26,071 bases of DNA from assembly GCA_002269645.1 (NCBI GenBank), contig NIVC01005110.1:1-26071 (forward strand). The letters run 5' to 3'. A program made the translations under genes and the position numbers. Position 1 is the stretch's first letter. Every line of letters begins with the position of its first letter. The notes beneath the pieces were generated by a model. That model was not told the origin of the DNA, ran no database searches, and saw only the letters and a program-made list of their open reading frames with translations. Below are positions 9,627 to 20,540 of the stretch, piece by piece. Source of the DNA: Macrostomum lignano. Taxonomy: Eukaryota.

Positions 9627-11292
9627 AGGGATCAGATTGTAGGGATCAGATGGTAGGGATCAGATTGTAGGGATCAGAGTGTAGGGATCAGAGTGTAGGG
9701 ATCAGATTGTAGGAATTATTTATTGTAGGGATCAGATTGTAAGAATTAGATTGTAGGGATCAGATTGTAGGAATTATATTGTAGGATTCAGATTGTAGGA
9801 ATTAGATTGTAGGGATCAGATTGTGGGGGATAAGGTTGTAGGGATCAGATTGTAGGGATCAGATTGTAGGGATCAGATTGTAGGGATCAGATTGTAGGGA
9901 TCAGATTGTGGGGATTAGATTGTGGAGGATAAGATTGTAGGGATCGGATTGTAGAGATCGGATTGTAGGGATCGGATTGTAGAGATCGGATTGTAGGGAT
10001 CAGATTGTAGGGGATCAGATTGTAGGGATCAGAATGTAGGGGTCAGATTGTAGGAATTATATTGTAGGATTCAGATTGTAGGAATTAGATTGTAGGGATC
10101 AGATTGTGGGGGATAAAGTTGTAGGGATCAGATTGTAGGGATCAGATTGTAGGGATCAGATTGTGGGGATTAGATTGTGGAGGATAAGATTGTAAGGGAT
10201 CAGATTTTAGGGATCAGATTTTAGGGATCAGATTGTAGGGATAAGATTGTGGGGATAATATTGTGAGTAAATTGTGAGATAATATAGTTATCAGATTGTA
10301 GGGATCAAATTGTAGAAATCAGACTGTAGTTATCAGATTGTAGGGATCAGATTGTAGAAATCAGACTGTAGTTATCAGATTGTAGGGATCAGATTGTAGA
10401 AATCAGACTGTAGTTATCAGATTGTAGGGATCAGATTGTAAGAATTAGATTGTAGGGATCAGATGGTAGGGATCAGATTGTAGGGATCAGATGGTAGGGA
10501 TCAGATTGTAGGGGATCAGATTGTAGGGATCAGAATGTAGGGATCAGATTGTAGGAATTATATTGTAGGATTCAGATTGTAGGAATTAGATTGTAGGGAT
10601 CAGATTGTGGGGGATAAGGTTGTAGGGATCAGATTGTAGGGATCAGATTGTAGGGATCAGATTGTAGGGATCAGATTGTGGGGATTAGATTGTGGAGGAT
10701 AAGATTGTAGGGATCGGATTGTAGAGATCGGATTGTAGGGATCGGATTGTAGAGATCGGATTGTAGGGATCAGATTGTAGGGGATCAGATTGTAGGGATC
10801 AGAATGTAGGGGTCAGATTGTAGGAATTATATTGTAGGATTCAGATTGTAGGAATTAGATTGTAGGGATCAGATTGTGGGGGATAAAGTTGTAGGGATCA
10901 GATTGTAGGGATCAGATTGTGGGGATTAGATTGTGGAGGATAAGATTGTAAGGGATCAGATTTTAGGGATCAGATTTTAGGGATCAGATTGTAGGGATAA
11001 GATTGTGGGGATAATATTGTGAGTAAATTGTGAGATAATATAGTTATCAGATTGTAGGGATCAGATTGTAGAAATCAGACTGTAGTTATCAGATTGTAGG
11101 GATCAGATTGTAGAAATCAGACTGTAGTTATCAGATTGTAGGGATCAGATTGTAGAAATCAGACTGTAGTTATCAGATTGTAGGGATCAGATTGTAGGGA
11201 TCAGATTTTAGGGGATCTGATTGTAGGGGATCAAATTGTAGGGGATCAGATTGTAGGGATCAGATTGTAGGGATCAGATTGTAGGGATCAGA
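9627..11292. repeat. 14-bp minisatellite (GATTGTAGGGATCA)n with a ~760-785-bp higher-order duplication
   Basis: About 1.67 kb of tandem units. Variant landmarks recur: TAAGGTT at 9831 and 10615, GTGAGTAAATTG at 10263 and 11019. Confidence 0.95.
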
Positions 11293-12668
11293 AATAATTT
11301 AAGTTGCTGGGCTGCTTCAGATATAATTGTAGCTGCCCTATAAAGAATCTATTAAGCGTTGATTCTCGAAATGAATTGAATAAGCAGGTCCTGCTTCTGG
11401 GGAAGATTTTGTGTTTCTGCCTCTGCTCCAAATATTTTTTGGTCAATTATCAGTCTGTGTGATTAATTCTGTAGTTGATTGCACATATTTTTGTTGTATT
11501 CTAAACACGAAAGGCCTACAATGTAAAATTAAGTACTTGCACTCAACCGAATCTGTTTTGTATATAGGTACATGTGGTTAAAATATCTGTGCCCCTTTTC
11601 TGTTCTCCGATAATTACTTTTGATATTTGCGCCTAAACTACTGTTAGTAAAAAAAGTAGTAATAAAGGCATGCTGCTTAAATTTTATTAAATTTTTATTT
11701 CGTTCTTGCCCGCTTATCGGAATAGAGAAATAAAAGTGCATGTATAAAATGATAATTATGTAGCGATTAAGCACCGCTGATTGCATTTTATTGTTGAGTG
11801 TAGCAAACAGCCTAAGAGCTAAATGTGTCTTTTTATATTGTCAAGACTGGAACCTCCCTCCATTAGTGATAAGTGGTCAAATTGATTTTTTCATACTACG
11901 AGCGCATTAGCTGACTAATATTGTGTTTGTCTAGGCGCCAATGTTAATTAAAATATTTTTGTATCCCAAATTTTTTATATTTTAGAAATATATACATATA
12001 ATATGCTATAACATATATAGTTCTATATATATAGTATACTTTTAGTTCTACTATTAACGCAAGCTGTATTAAACTATTTGTAGTAGCATACCTTAGTGTT
12101 TTAAATCTATATGTAACGTCAACGGCCTATCAGAAATGACCTAGTTTTATTAATTTTTATTAATGCGATTTGAAACATGCGCGTGGATTCAACTTTCTCT
12201 ACGAAACTGTTCTTGAAATTCTTGTGTGCGTTTTCTTTCTATCGAAATGTGTCAATAAAGTTGAAAAACAATTGTAATTTACACTAAGTTAGTGAATGTT
12301 AACGCACAGGAAAAGTGTTCATTGACTTCGCATAACTTTATTTCTTATTGGGTGAAATGCTGAGCATCACACTGAATCATCTACAGTTAGCCCGTAGTAC
12401 GTTGTATATTATTGGAGGATATCGCCATAGTTAAACTCACAGAGCTTCCACAGAATGGCGCGTCCACTCCAGGGACTACTTACGTGTAACTAACTATTAG
12501 TACAAGACCATTATAAAAACTCGCCTCATTTTTAATGGCGGTGTCAACGAGCCTTCTTAAACGTTTTTTTCAATAAACTAATCTCACTTAACCTAAAGCA
12601 GTTTCATAATTTTTTTCTGGATTGTACAAATGGATAATTTAGGCTTCTTTAGAGTAGCTTAGTTACTA

Positions 12669-12950
12669 GCCTATAGTAGCCTTGTGGTTAGAGCGTCGGA
12701 CTCACGACTTGAAGGTCGGCAGTTCGATTCCCGTCCCACAGGAAAATTTGTGTCCTTTAGCAAGACACTTAGCAGTTCACCTCAGCTGTAAAATGGGTGC
12801 CAGTATTAGCTGGGGTAATTGAGGCTGTGTGTGGCGACCCCCCAGTCCTTGGACTGAGCAGCCGTACGCAGCCTTTAGATGTGCCGCGCGATAGCTGCGG
12901 CTGAGCTGTCGGTTGAACATCTTCCCGGGCAGGTGTAATCATTATTATTA
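12669..12950 (+). mobile_element. tRNA-derived SINE with a CORE-like central domain
   Basis: A box TAGCCTTGTGG (12677-12687) and B box AGTTCGATTCC (12721-12731). TGTGTCCTTTAGCAAGACACTT...CTCAGCTGTAAAATGGG resembles the MIR/CORE domain. (ATT)n tail; 10-bp TSD TTAGTTACTA (12659-12668 and 12951-12960). Confidence 0.85.
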
Positions 12951-12960
12951 TTAGTTACTA

Positions 12961-13140
12961 CTAGCAATCTAGCGCCCCCCTTCGGGGTGGCCAATAAGCA
13001 AGGGACGAATCCTTTAAAATGAAAAAAAATTCTTAGGGAGGGGGCTAGGAATCGAATTCTCATTTTAATTCCAGGCTTATGTACCAATAAAACATGCTTG
13101 TGCAGAATTTTATAACAGACATTGAAATTCAACCATACTT
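12961..13140 (-). mobile_element. Putative Helitron 3' terminus (upstream extent unknown; the end coordinate is arbitrary)
   Basis: The minus strand reads GCCACCCCGAAGGGGGGC (hairpin, 12974-12991), then 9 nt, CTAG and T. This is the canonical hairpin-CTRR|T arrangement. Confidence 0.6.
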
Positions 13141-13195
13141 GCCTTCTTTCAGAGCTACTTCTACCAGTATGCTTCAGTACGCTACCAGTACCCTT

Positions 13196-14100
13196 GTAAG
13201 CCTTGACATGTCAGCAATCCCCCCACAAGCCTTAACATATCAACTCCCCCCTTGACATCTCAGCGATGCTCCCATAAGCCTTGAAATCTTAAAAAATCTG
13301 TCTACTTTCTAACCCTAACCCTAACCCTAACCCTAACCCTAAAGCATTGAAATTTCAGTAATTCTCTCTAAGAGTCATTATAGCACTACTACAGCATTAT
13401 AGCGATTCCCTGCAAGCCTCGACATCGTAGGGATTCCCAAATGAATCTCTTAACTTCGACATGAAGCTTCTTTTATTTTTTTACATTACGCCTTTTCTAT
13501 CAGCGATCCCTCCCGTGAGGAGCCAACAAATAATGTAATAACTTTTTTCCAATAAACTACATGTAGCTTCTGACATTAGCCTTGACATCTCATTTATTCC
13601 CCCGTGAGCCTTGACATCTCAGCTATAGATAGATAGATAGATAGATTCCCCTCGTAAGCCTTGACATGTCAGCGATGCCCCCATAAACCTTGAAATCTAA
13701 AAAATCCCCTGTTAACCTTGAAACCCGCTAAAATCTAACCCTCAACCCAAACCTGACGTAAACCTAACTTTCACCCAACCTAAAGCCTTGAAATCACAGC
13801 AATTCTTCTTCCCTAAGCCTTGGCATTTAAATGATTTCTTCTTTAAGAATCACAGCACTATAACGATTCCCTCCAAGCTTTGACATCGTAGCAATTCCCA
13901 AATGAATCTTTTAACTTTGACATGACTTTTATTTTATGTATACATAGTGCTCCTTTTATTTTTACATGACTCTTCTTCTATCAGCGCCCCCCCCCACCGT
14001 GGCAAGCCAACAAAGAATACAATAAAAAAACTTAAGTAAAGTACATGTACTTTGAAGTAGCTTCTGACTTTTGCTTTAACATCTCAGAAACCCCCCTGTA
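13196..14100. repeat. Two diverged copies of a ~460-495-bp unit built from GCCTTGACATCTCAGC-like sub-repeats
   Basis: Anchors at 13196/13654 (GTAAGCCTTGACATGTCAGC), 13433/13894 (ATTCCCAAATGAATCT) and 13563/14057 (GTAGCTTCTGAC). A (GATA)4 run sits at 13628-13646. Confidence 0.8.
13309..13342. repeat. Interstitial telomeric repeat (CTAACC)5
   Basis: Reverse complement of (TTAGGG)n, read directly. Confidence 0.95.
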
Positions 14101-14179
14101 ATCTCAGTTATTCTCTGTGAGCCTTGACGTCTCAGTAATTCTCCCCAACACAGCACTATAGCTTCATTTAATTTTTATA

Positions 14180-15410
14180 TGACACTTCTTTCATGTCTGA
14201 CATGACGCTTCTTTTGATTTTTACATGACGATTCTTTTATTCTTCCATGATGCTTCTTAATTTTTTAAATGACACTTTCTTTAGTTTTTATATGAGGCTT
14301 CTATGATTTTTTCATGACGCTTCTATGTTAACATGACTCTTCTATGCTTGTTTACATGACGCTTTTATGATTGTTTACATGACGCTTCTATGATTGTTTA
14401 CATGACGCTTGTATGATTGTTTACATGACGCTTCTATGATTTTTTACATGACGCTTCTATGATTTTTACATGACGCTTCTATGATTTTTACATGACACTT
14501 CTATGATTTTTTCATGACGCTTCTATGATTTTTACATGACGCTTCTATGATTGTTTACATGACGCTTCTATGATTTTTTATGACGCTTGTATGATTGTTT
14601 ACATGACGCTTCTATGATTGTTTACATGACGCTTCTATGATTTTTTATGACGCTTTTATGATTGTTTACATGACGCTTCTATGATTGTTTACATGACGCT
14701 TCTATGATTGTTTACATGACGCTTCTATGATTTTTTATGACGCTTTTATGATTGTTTACATGACGCTTGTATGATTGTTTACATGACGCTTCTATGATTT
14801 TTACATGACGCTTCTATGATTTTTACATGACGCTTCTATGATTTTTTACATGACGCTTGTATGATTGTTTACATGACGCTTTTATGATTGTTTACATGAC
14901 GCTTCTATGATTTTTACATGACGCTTCTATGATTTTTACATGACGCTTCTATGATTGTTTACATGACGCTTGTATGATTGTTTACATGACGCTTCTATGA
15001 TTTTTTTATGACGCTTTTATGATTTTAACATGACGCTTCTATGATTTTTTTACATGACGCTTCTATGATTGTTTACATGACGCTTGTATGATTGTTTACA
15101 TGACGCTTGTATGATTTTAACATGACGCTTCTATGATTGTTCACATTACGCTTCTATGATTGCTTGCATGACGCTTCTATGATTTTTTATGACGCTTTTA
15201 TGATTTTAACATGACGCTTCTATGATTTTTTTACATGACGCTTCTATGATTGTTTACATGACACTTGTATGATTGTTTACATGACGCTTTTATGATTTTA
15301 ACATGACGCTTCTATGATTGTTTACATTACGCTTCTATGATTGCTTGCATGACGCTTCTATGATTTTTTACATAACGATTCTATGATTTTTTACATTACG
15401 CTTCCATAAT
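14180..15410. repeat. 22-24-bp minisatellite (CATGACGCTTCTATGATTGTTTA)n
   Basis: Homogeneous core at ~14345-15350 with degenerate edges. Confidence 0.95.
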
Positions 15411-15567
15411 TTTTTTTGTCTTGGCGTTAAAAAGCTTTAATTTAAAAAAAACTCTACTCTCTAAAAATTCGAACCATCGTCCCTGCATTTAGCAGTTTAG
15501 TCTGTTTACCTCTAGGCTAGCTCTCATAAATTTTAGTCATTACCCCTAAATAGAAAATATTCCCAAG

Positions 15568-15800
15568 ACAGCAAGCATCCCCCCAGTAGCAAGCATCCCC
15601 TAATACTCCTAGCAAGCATCTACCCAGATAGCAAGCATCTGCAGATAGCAAGCATCTGCAGATAGCAAGCATCTTGCAGATAGCAAGCATACCCCAAATA
15701 ATGTAGAAGCATCCTTCCAGATAGCAAGCATCCCCCAAATAATGTAGAAGCATCCTTCCAGATAGCAAGCATCCTGCACATAGCAAGCATCCCTGGATAG
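15568..15800. repeat. 17-19-bp degenerate repeat (GATAGCAAGCATCTGCA)n
   Basis: Read directly; it grades into the 24-bp array. Confidence 0.85.
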
Positions 15801-15824
15801 AAATAATCCTATACAAGTAGCCAA

Positions 15825-17979
15825 GCTTATCAAGCGCAGTAATCCTTGGCTATCGAGTGCAGTAATCCTTGGTTTATTAATAGCAATAATCCTTGATTAA
15901 TAAAGTGCATTATTCCTTGGTTTATTAATAACAATAATCCTTGGCTTATTGAGTGCAGTAATCCTTGGTTTGCCAGGAGCAATAGTCCTTGGTTTATCGA
16001 GTGCAGTAATCCTTGGTTTATTAATAGCAATAATCCTTGATTAATCAAGTGCATTAATCCTTGTTTTATTAATAGCAATAATCCTTGATTAATCAAGTGC
16101 ATTAATCCTTGTTTTATTAATAGCAATAATCCTTGACTTCTTGAGTGCAGTAATCCTTGGTTTGCCAAGAGCAATAGTCCTTGGTTTATCGAGTGCAGTA
16201 ATCGTTGGTTTATTAATAGCAATAATCCTTGGCTTATCGAGTGCAGTAATCCTTGGTTTGCCAAGTGCAGTAATCCTTGGTTTGCCAAGTGCAGTAATCC
16301 TTGGTTTATTAATAGCAATAATCCTTGATAAATCAAGTGCAGTAATCCTTGGTTTATTAATAGCAATAATCCTTGATAAATCAAGTGCAGTAATCCTTGG
16401 TTTATTAATAGCAATAGTCCTTGGCTTATCGAGTGCAGTAATCCTTGGTTTGCCAAGTGCAGTAATCCTTGGTTTATTAATAGCAATAATCCTTGGCTTA
16501 TCGAGTGCAGTAATCCTTGGTTTATTAATAGCAATAATCCTTGGCTTATCGAGTGCAGTAATCCTTGGTTTGCCAAGTGCAGTAATCCTCGGTTTATTAA
16601 TAGCAATAATCCTTGGCTTATCGAGTGCAGTAATCCTTGGTTTATTATTAGCAATAATCCTTGGCTTATCGAGTGCAGTAATCCTTGGTTTGCCAAGTGC
16701 AGTAATCCTTGGTTTATTAATAGCAATAATCCTTGGCTTATCGAGTGCAGTAATCCTTGGTTTATTAATAGCAATAATCCTTGGCTTATCGAGTGCAGTA
16801 ATCGTTGGTTTGCCAAGAGCAATAGTCCTTGGTTTATTGAGTGCAGTAATCCTTGGTTTATTAATAGCAATAATCCTTGGCTTATCGAGTGCAGTAATCC
16901 TTGGTTTATTAATAGCAATAATCCTTGATTAATAAAGTGCATTAATCATTGGTTTATTAATAGCAATAATCCTTGGCTTATCGAGTGCAATAATCCTTGG
17001 TTTATTAATAGCATTAATCCTTGGCTTCTTGAGTGCAGTAATCCTTGGTTTATTAATAGCAATAATCCTTGGCTTATTGAGTGCAGTAATCCTTGGTTTA
17101 TTAATAGCAATAATCCTTGATAAATCTAGTGCAGTAATCCTTGGTTTATTAATAGCAATAATCCTTGATAAATCAAGTGCAGTAATCCTTGGTTTATTAA
17201 TAGCAATAGTCCTTGGCTTATCGAGTGCAGTAATCCTTGGTTTGCCAAGTGCAGTAATCCTTGGTTTATTAATAGCAATAATCCTTGGCTTATCGAGTGA
17301 AGTAATCCTTGGTTTGCCAAGTGCAGTAATCCTTGGTTTATTAATAGCAATAATCCTTGGCTTATCGAGTGCAGTAATCCTTGGTTTATTAATAGCAATA
17401 ATCCTTGGTTTATCGAGTGCAGTAATCCTTGGTTTATTAATAGCAATAATCCTTGATTAATCAAGTGCATTAATCCTTGTTTTATTAATAGCAATAATCC
17501 TTGTCTTCTTGAGTGCAGTAATCCTTGGTTTGCCAAGTGCAGTAATCCTTGGTTTATTAATAGCAATAATCCTTGGCTTATCGAGTGCAGTAATCCTTGG
17601 TTTATTAATAGCAATAATCCTTGATTAATAAAGTGCATTAATCCTTGGTTTATTAATAGCAATAATCCTTGATTAATCAAGTGCATTAATCCTTGTTTTA
17701 TTAATAGCAATAATCCTTGACTTCTTGAGTGCAGTAATCCTTGGTTTGCCAAGAGCAATAGTCCTTGGTTTATCGAGTGCAGTAATCGTTGGTTTATTAA
17801 TAGCAATAATCCTTGGCTTATTGAGTGCAGTAATCCTTGGTTTATTAATAGCAATAATCCTTGGCTTATCGAGTGCAATAATCCTTGGTTTATTAATAGC
17901 AATAATCCTTGGCTTATTGAGTGCAGTAATCCTTGGTTTATTAATAGCAATAATCCTTGGCTTATGGAGTGCAGTAATC
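15825..17979. repeat. 24-bp minisatellite (~90 monomers) of 3 main variants, often in 48-bp dimers
   Basis: Monomers are TTATCGAGTGCAGTAATCCTTGGT, TTATTAATAGCAATAATCCTTGGC and TTGCCAAGTGCAGTAATCCTTGGT. A variant block recurs at 16141 and 17725 (offset 1584 = 66 x 24). Confidence 0.95.
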
Positions 17980-18034
17980 TAAGTGTTTTTATTTAGCTTT
18001 TAATAAAAAATTTTACACTACTACTTTTCAGACA

Positions 18035-18068
<34 letters not shown>

Positions 18069-19250
18069 ATATACTAAAGCTGACGTCGTGGTCCGGTGGT
18101 AGGGTGGGCCGGTGGGCCGGGTTTGTCGACGATCTCCTCCTATGATTCTTGCAACTCAACTTTCAAACCGGTACCAAAACATGTCAAATGTCCCGACGAT
18201 GCTACAATTTAAAATTCATTTTCAAATTTCAATTTTAAGTGCTTCAAAAAAGCAGAAAACAGCACAAACCAGACAGCCAGACCAGATGTCTATATATCGC
18301 ATTCCATGGACTTCCCACTTGACGCTATTTTGTATGGTTGCGCCACAACTTTTCTCCTATCTCTGCAGTGTATTTCATTTCAGCTGGGGGAGGGTCGCCG
18401 GCACTTGAGAATTGGCGGCCTACTTGCTCAGTGTTAAAAAGGGGTGGAGGTGCACACTGCGCGAGAATGGATGGCTTGATTTTTTAACTCATCACAGAGT
18501 GTACATTGCGCTCTGCAAGTAAGAAACGGGAAAACTTGCACCTTAATTTCTGCTTTTAATTTTCAAGCTACAGAAAAGTGAATCACACCGTTGGAAAGAG
18601 TTTGAAAAACTGAACAGAATGGTATAATTTTCTGTTCCGAAATCTCAACTGCATCAGAGCAATTTGTCATAGAAAATTTCTTGATTTCAATTTGTCAACC
18701 CTGGCTCACTGGCTGACTTTATAGATAATTGCGCAATGATATGGCTACTGATAAGTTTTCCTGCCTTTCAATGGGCAGTCCTGTGTATTTGTTGGACATT
18801 GAAATTCAATGCATCATCTTGCAAGCAGGCAGTGAACGTACACTCGATACTTCAATGCTATAAATCAGACAGTTTCAAACGCTAACTGTTCCTCGAGTTT
18901 TAAACTTTGAGAGGAGAGACTTATATTGCTGGAAAGATCTTGCAACGCTGAGTTCGGGGATATAAGTTGTTTGCTTTAAATATGAAAAGAAAAAGCACAG
19001 CATTTGAAAAACGATTTCCATACTTTTAACTTTCTGCAAAGATTGTACTCTAATCTGCAAAGATTGTTGGGGGGAGGGTTCAACTTCTCACTGCTGCTGT
19101 GTATTGGAGGGTTGATTTAGATTGCGCAATGTTTTTGTTAACTTTACCTGAGGCTGATACTGACTGACTGTGAAATCGGTTGCGCAATGAATTGATTCAA
19201 TTAGTTCAATATTTTTATCTGTGCCTTTTAACACGAAGCTGTGCGTAGTT

Positions 19251-19278
19251 CTAACCCTAACCCTAACCCTAACCCTAA
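19251..19278. repeat. Interstitial telomeric repeat (CTAACC)4 in unit 1; homologous runs at 22684-22707 and 23878-23916
   Basis: Read directly. Confidence 0.95.
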
Positions 19279-19374
19279 TGAATCTGGCGAGTTGAGTTGT
19301 TTGACGGAAAAAATTCGATTAAGTCAAGTTTAGCGGAGACGATTTCAATGTTTAAATTCTGACGGAGAAGATTT

Positions 19375-19655
19375 CTGTTTCGTGAGAGGATTTCGATGAT
19401 GTTCAGTTTCACGAAAGGATTTCCATGGTGTTCAGTTTCACGGAGAGGATTTCGATGATGTTCAGCTTCACGGAGAGGCTTTCTGTTTCGCGGAGATAAT
19501 TTATGATTGATTTCTGTTTTATAGAAACAATTTTGATGGATTTAAGTTTCAAGGAGAGGATTTCGAAGGAGTCCAGTTTCACTGAGAGGATTTCGATGGT
19601 TTTTAGTTGCACAGACAGGATTTTTGCTTCGCGGAGAGGATCTTGATGGATTTGG
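19375..19655. repeat. Degenerate 30-bp repeat (GTTTCACGGAGAGGATTTCGATGATGTTCA); copies at ~22760-22860 and ~24015-24290
   Basis: Read directly. Confidence 0.85.
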
Positions 19656-19670
19656 CATCTTCAATCAGTC

Positions 19671-20380
19671 AGAGAAGAGAGTAAAGAGAAGACTGAAAAG
19701 AGAAGAGAGAAGAGATGATAGAAAACAGAGTATAATTGAGTGGAGAGATTAGACATGACAGATTGGAGATGATAGGAGAGAGAATAGATGAGGGATAAGA
19801 GCGTACAGAGGCAATAGAAGAGAGGGGAGAGTAGAGGAGAAAGAAAGAGTGAGATGAGGAGATGAGGGATGAGAGAGCAGGGGAGAGAGGAGACAGGGGA
19901 GAGTACAGACGAAAGACTAGGGAGAAGATATAAATAAGGTAGTAAAGATGAGAGGAGAGAGAGGAGAGAGAAGCGAAAGGAGAAGAGAGTGAGGAGAGAG
20001 GAGAGAGATGAAAGGAGCAAGGAAAGGAGAAAAGAGAGAATGGAGAGAATAGAAAAGAGAGAAGAGAAGAGACAGGGGATAGTGAAAAGGAGGAAGAAAG
20101 ATGGGAGACAAGAAAGTAGTGTCAGAGCGTATATGAAATATGAGAAATGAGAGCAGAGAGAAGAGAAAAGAGAAGAGAGAGAGAGGGTTAAGAGAGACGA
20201 TAGATAAGTGAGTAGAGATGACATATGAGAGAGGAGAGAAGAGGGAGAGATAAGAGTGAAGAGAGGAGACAGAAGACAGGAGAAGGTACAGACGAAAGAC
20301 GAGGGAGAAGAGATAAATAAGGGAGCAGGGGTAGAGATGAGATGAGAGAGAGGAGAGAGGAGATATGAGAGACTTGAGAG
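19671..20380. repeat. GA-rich polypurine low-complexity tract (unit 1)
   Basis: The plus strand is almost entirely G and A. Confidence 0.95.
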
Positions 20381-20540
20381 TCTTTGAGCTATGGTCTTTG
20401 AAAGATTTTGTAAAGAATTTGGAGACGATTTGGAAGATAGGGTTAAAGACATGGAATTTCAGTTGATGGATATTTCAGGGAATAGAATTCCGGTGATGGG
20501 AGTTCTTCCCCTTTCTCCTCCAGAGGAGGAGTTCCACTCG

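Larger units (their letters stand above)
18066..20540 (+). mobile_element. Non-autonomous Helitron-like tandem unit 1 (Y/X chimera)
   Basis: 5' end TCTATATACTAAAGCTG follows a (CT)n run. The 3' hairpin CTCCTCC-AGA-GGAGGAG (20515-20531) is followed by TTCCACTCG. There is no RepHel ORF. The repeat is certain; the Helitron class is inferred from the termini. Confidence 0.65.

Noticed and set aside
12357-12434. 25-aa ORF containing the Kelch-like motif LYIIGGY
   Set aside because: A single short motif with an immediate stop and no other Kelch repeats or convincing exon context.
12669-12745. Possible tRNA gene
   Set aside because: A and B boxes are present, but the anticodon and acceptor stems pair poorly and the sequence continues into a CORE-like body with tail and TSD, so it is a SINE head.
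9627-17979. CRISPR-like regular repeats
   Set aside because: The units are contiguous with no unique spacers, there are no cas genes, and the context is eukaryotic.
15830-17982. Long ORFs (263-370 aa) on both strands
   Set aside because: They are translations of a 24-bp (multiple of 3) tandem repeat, several with non-ATG starts, and have no non-repetitive domain.
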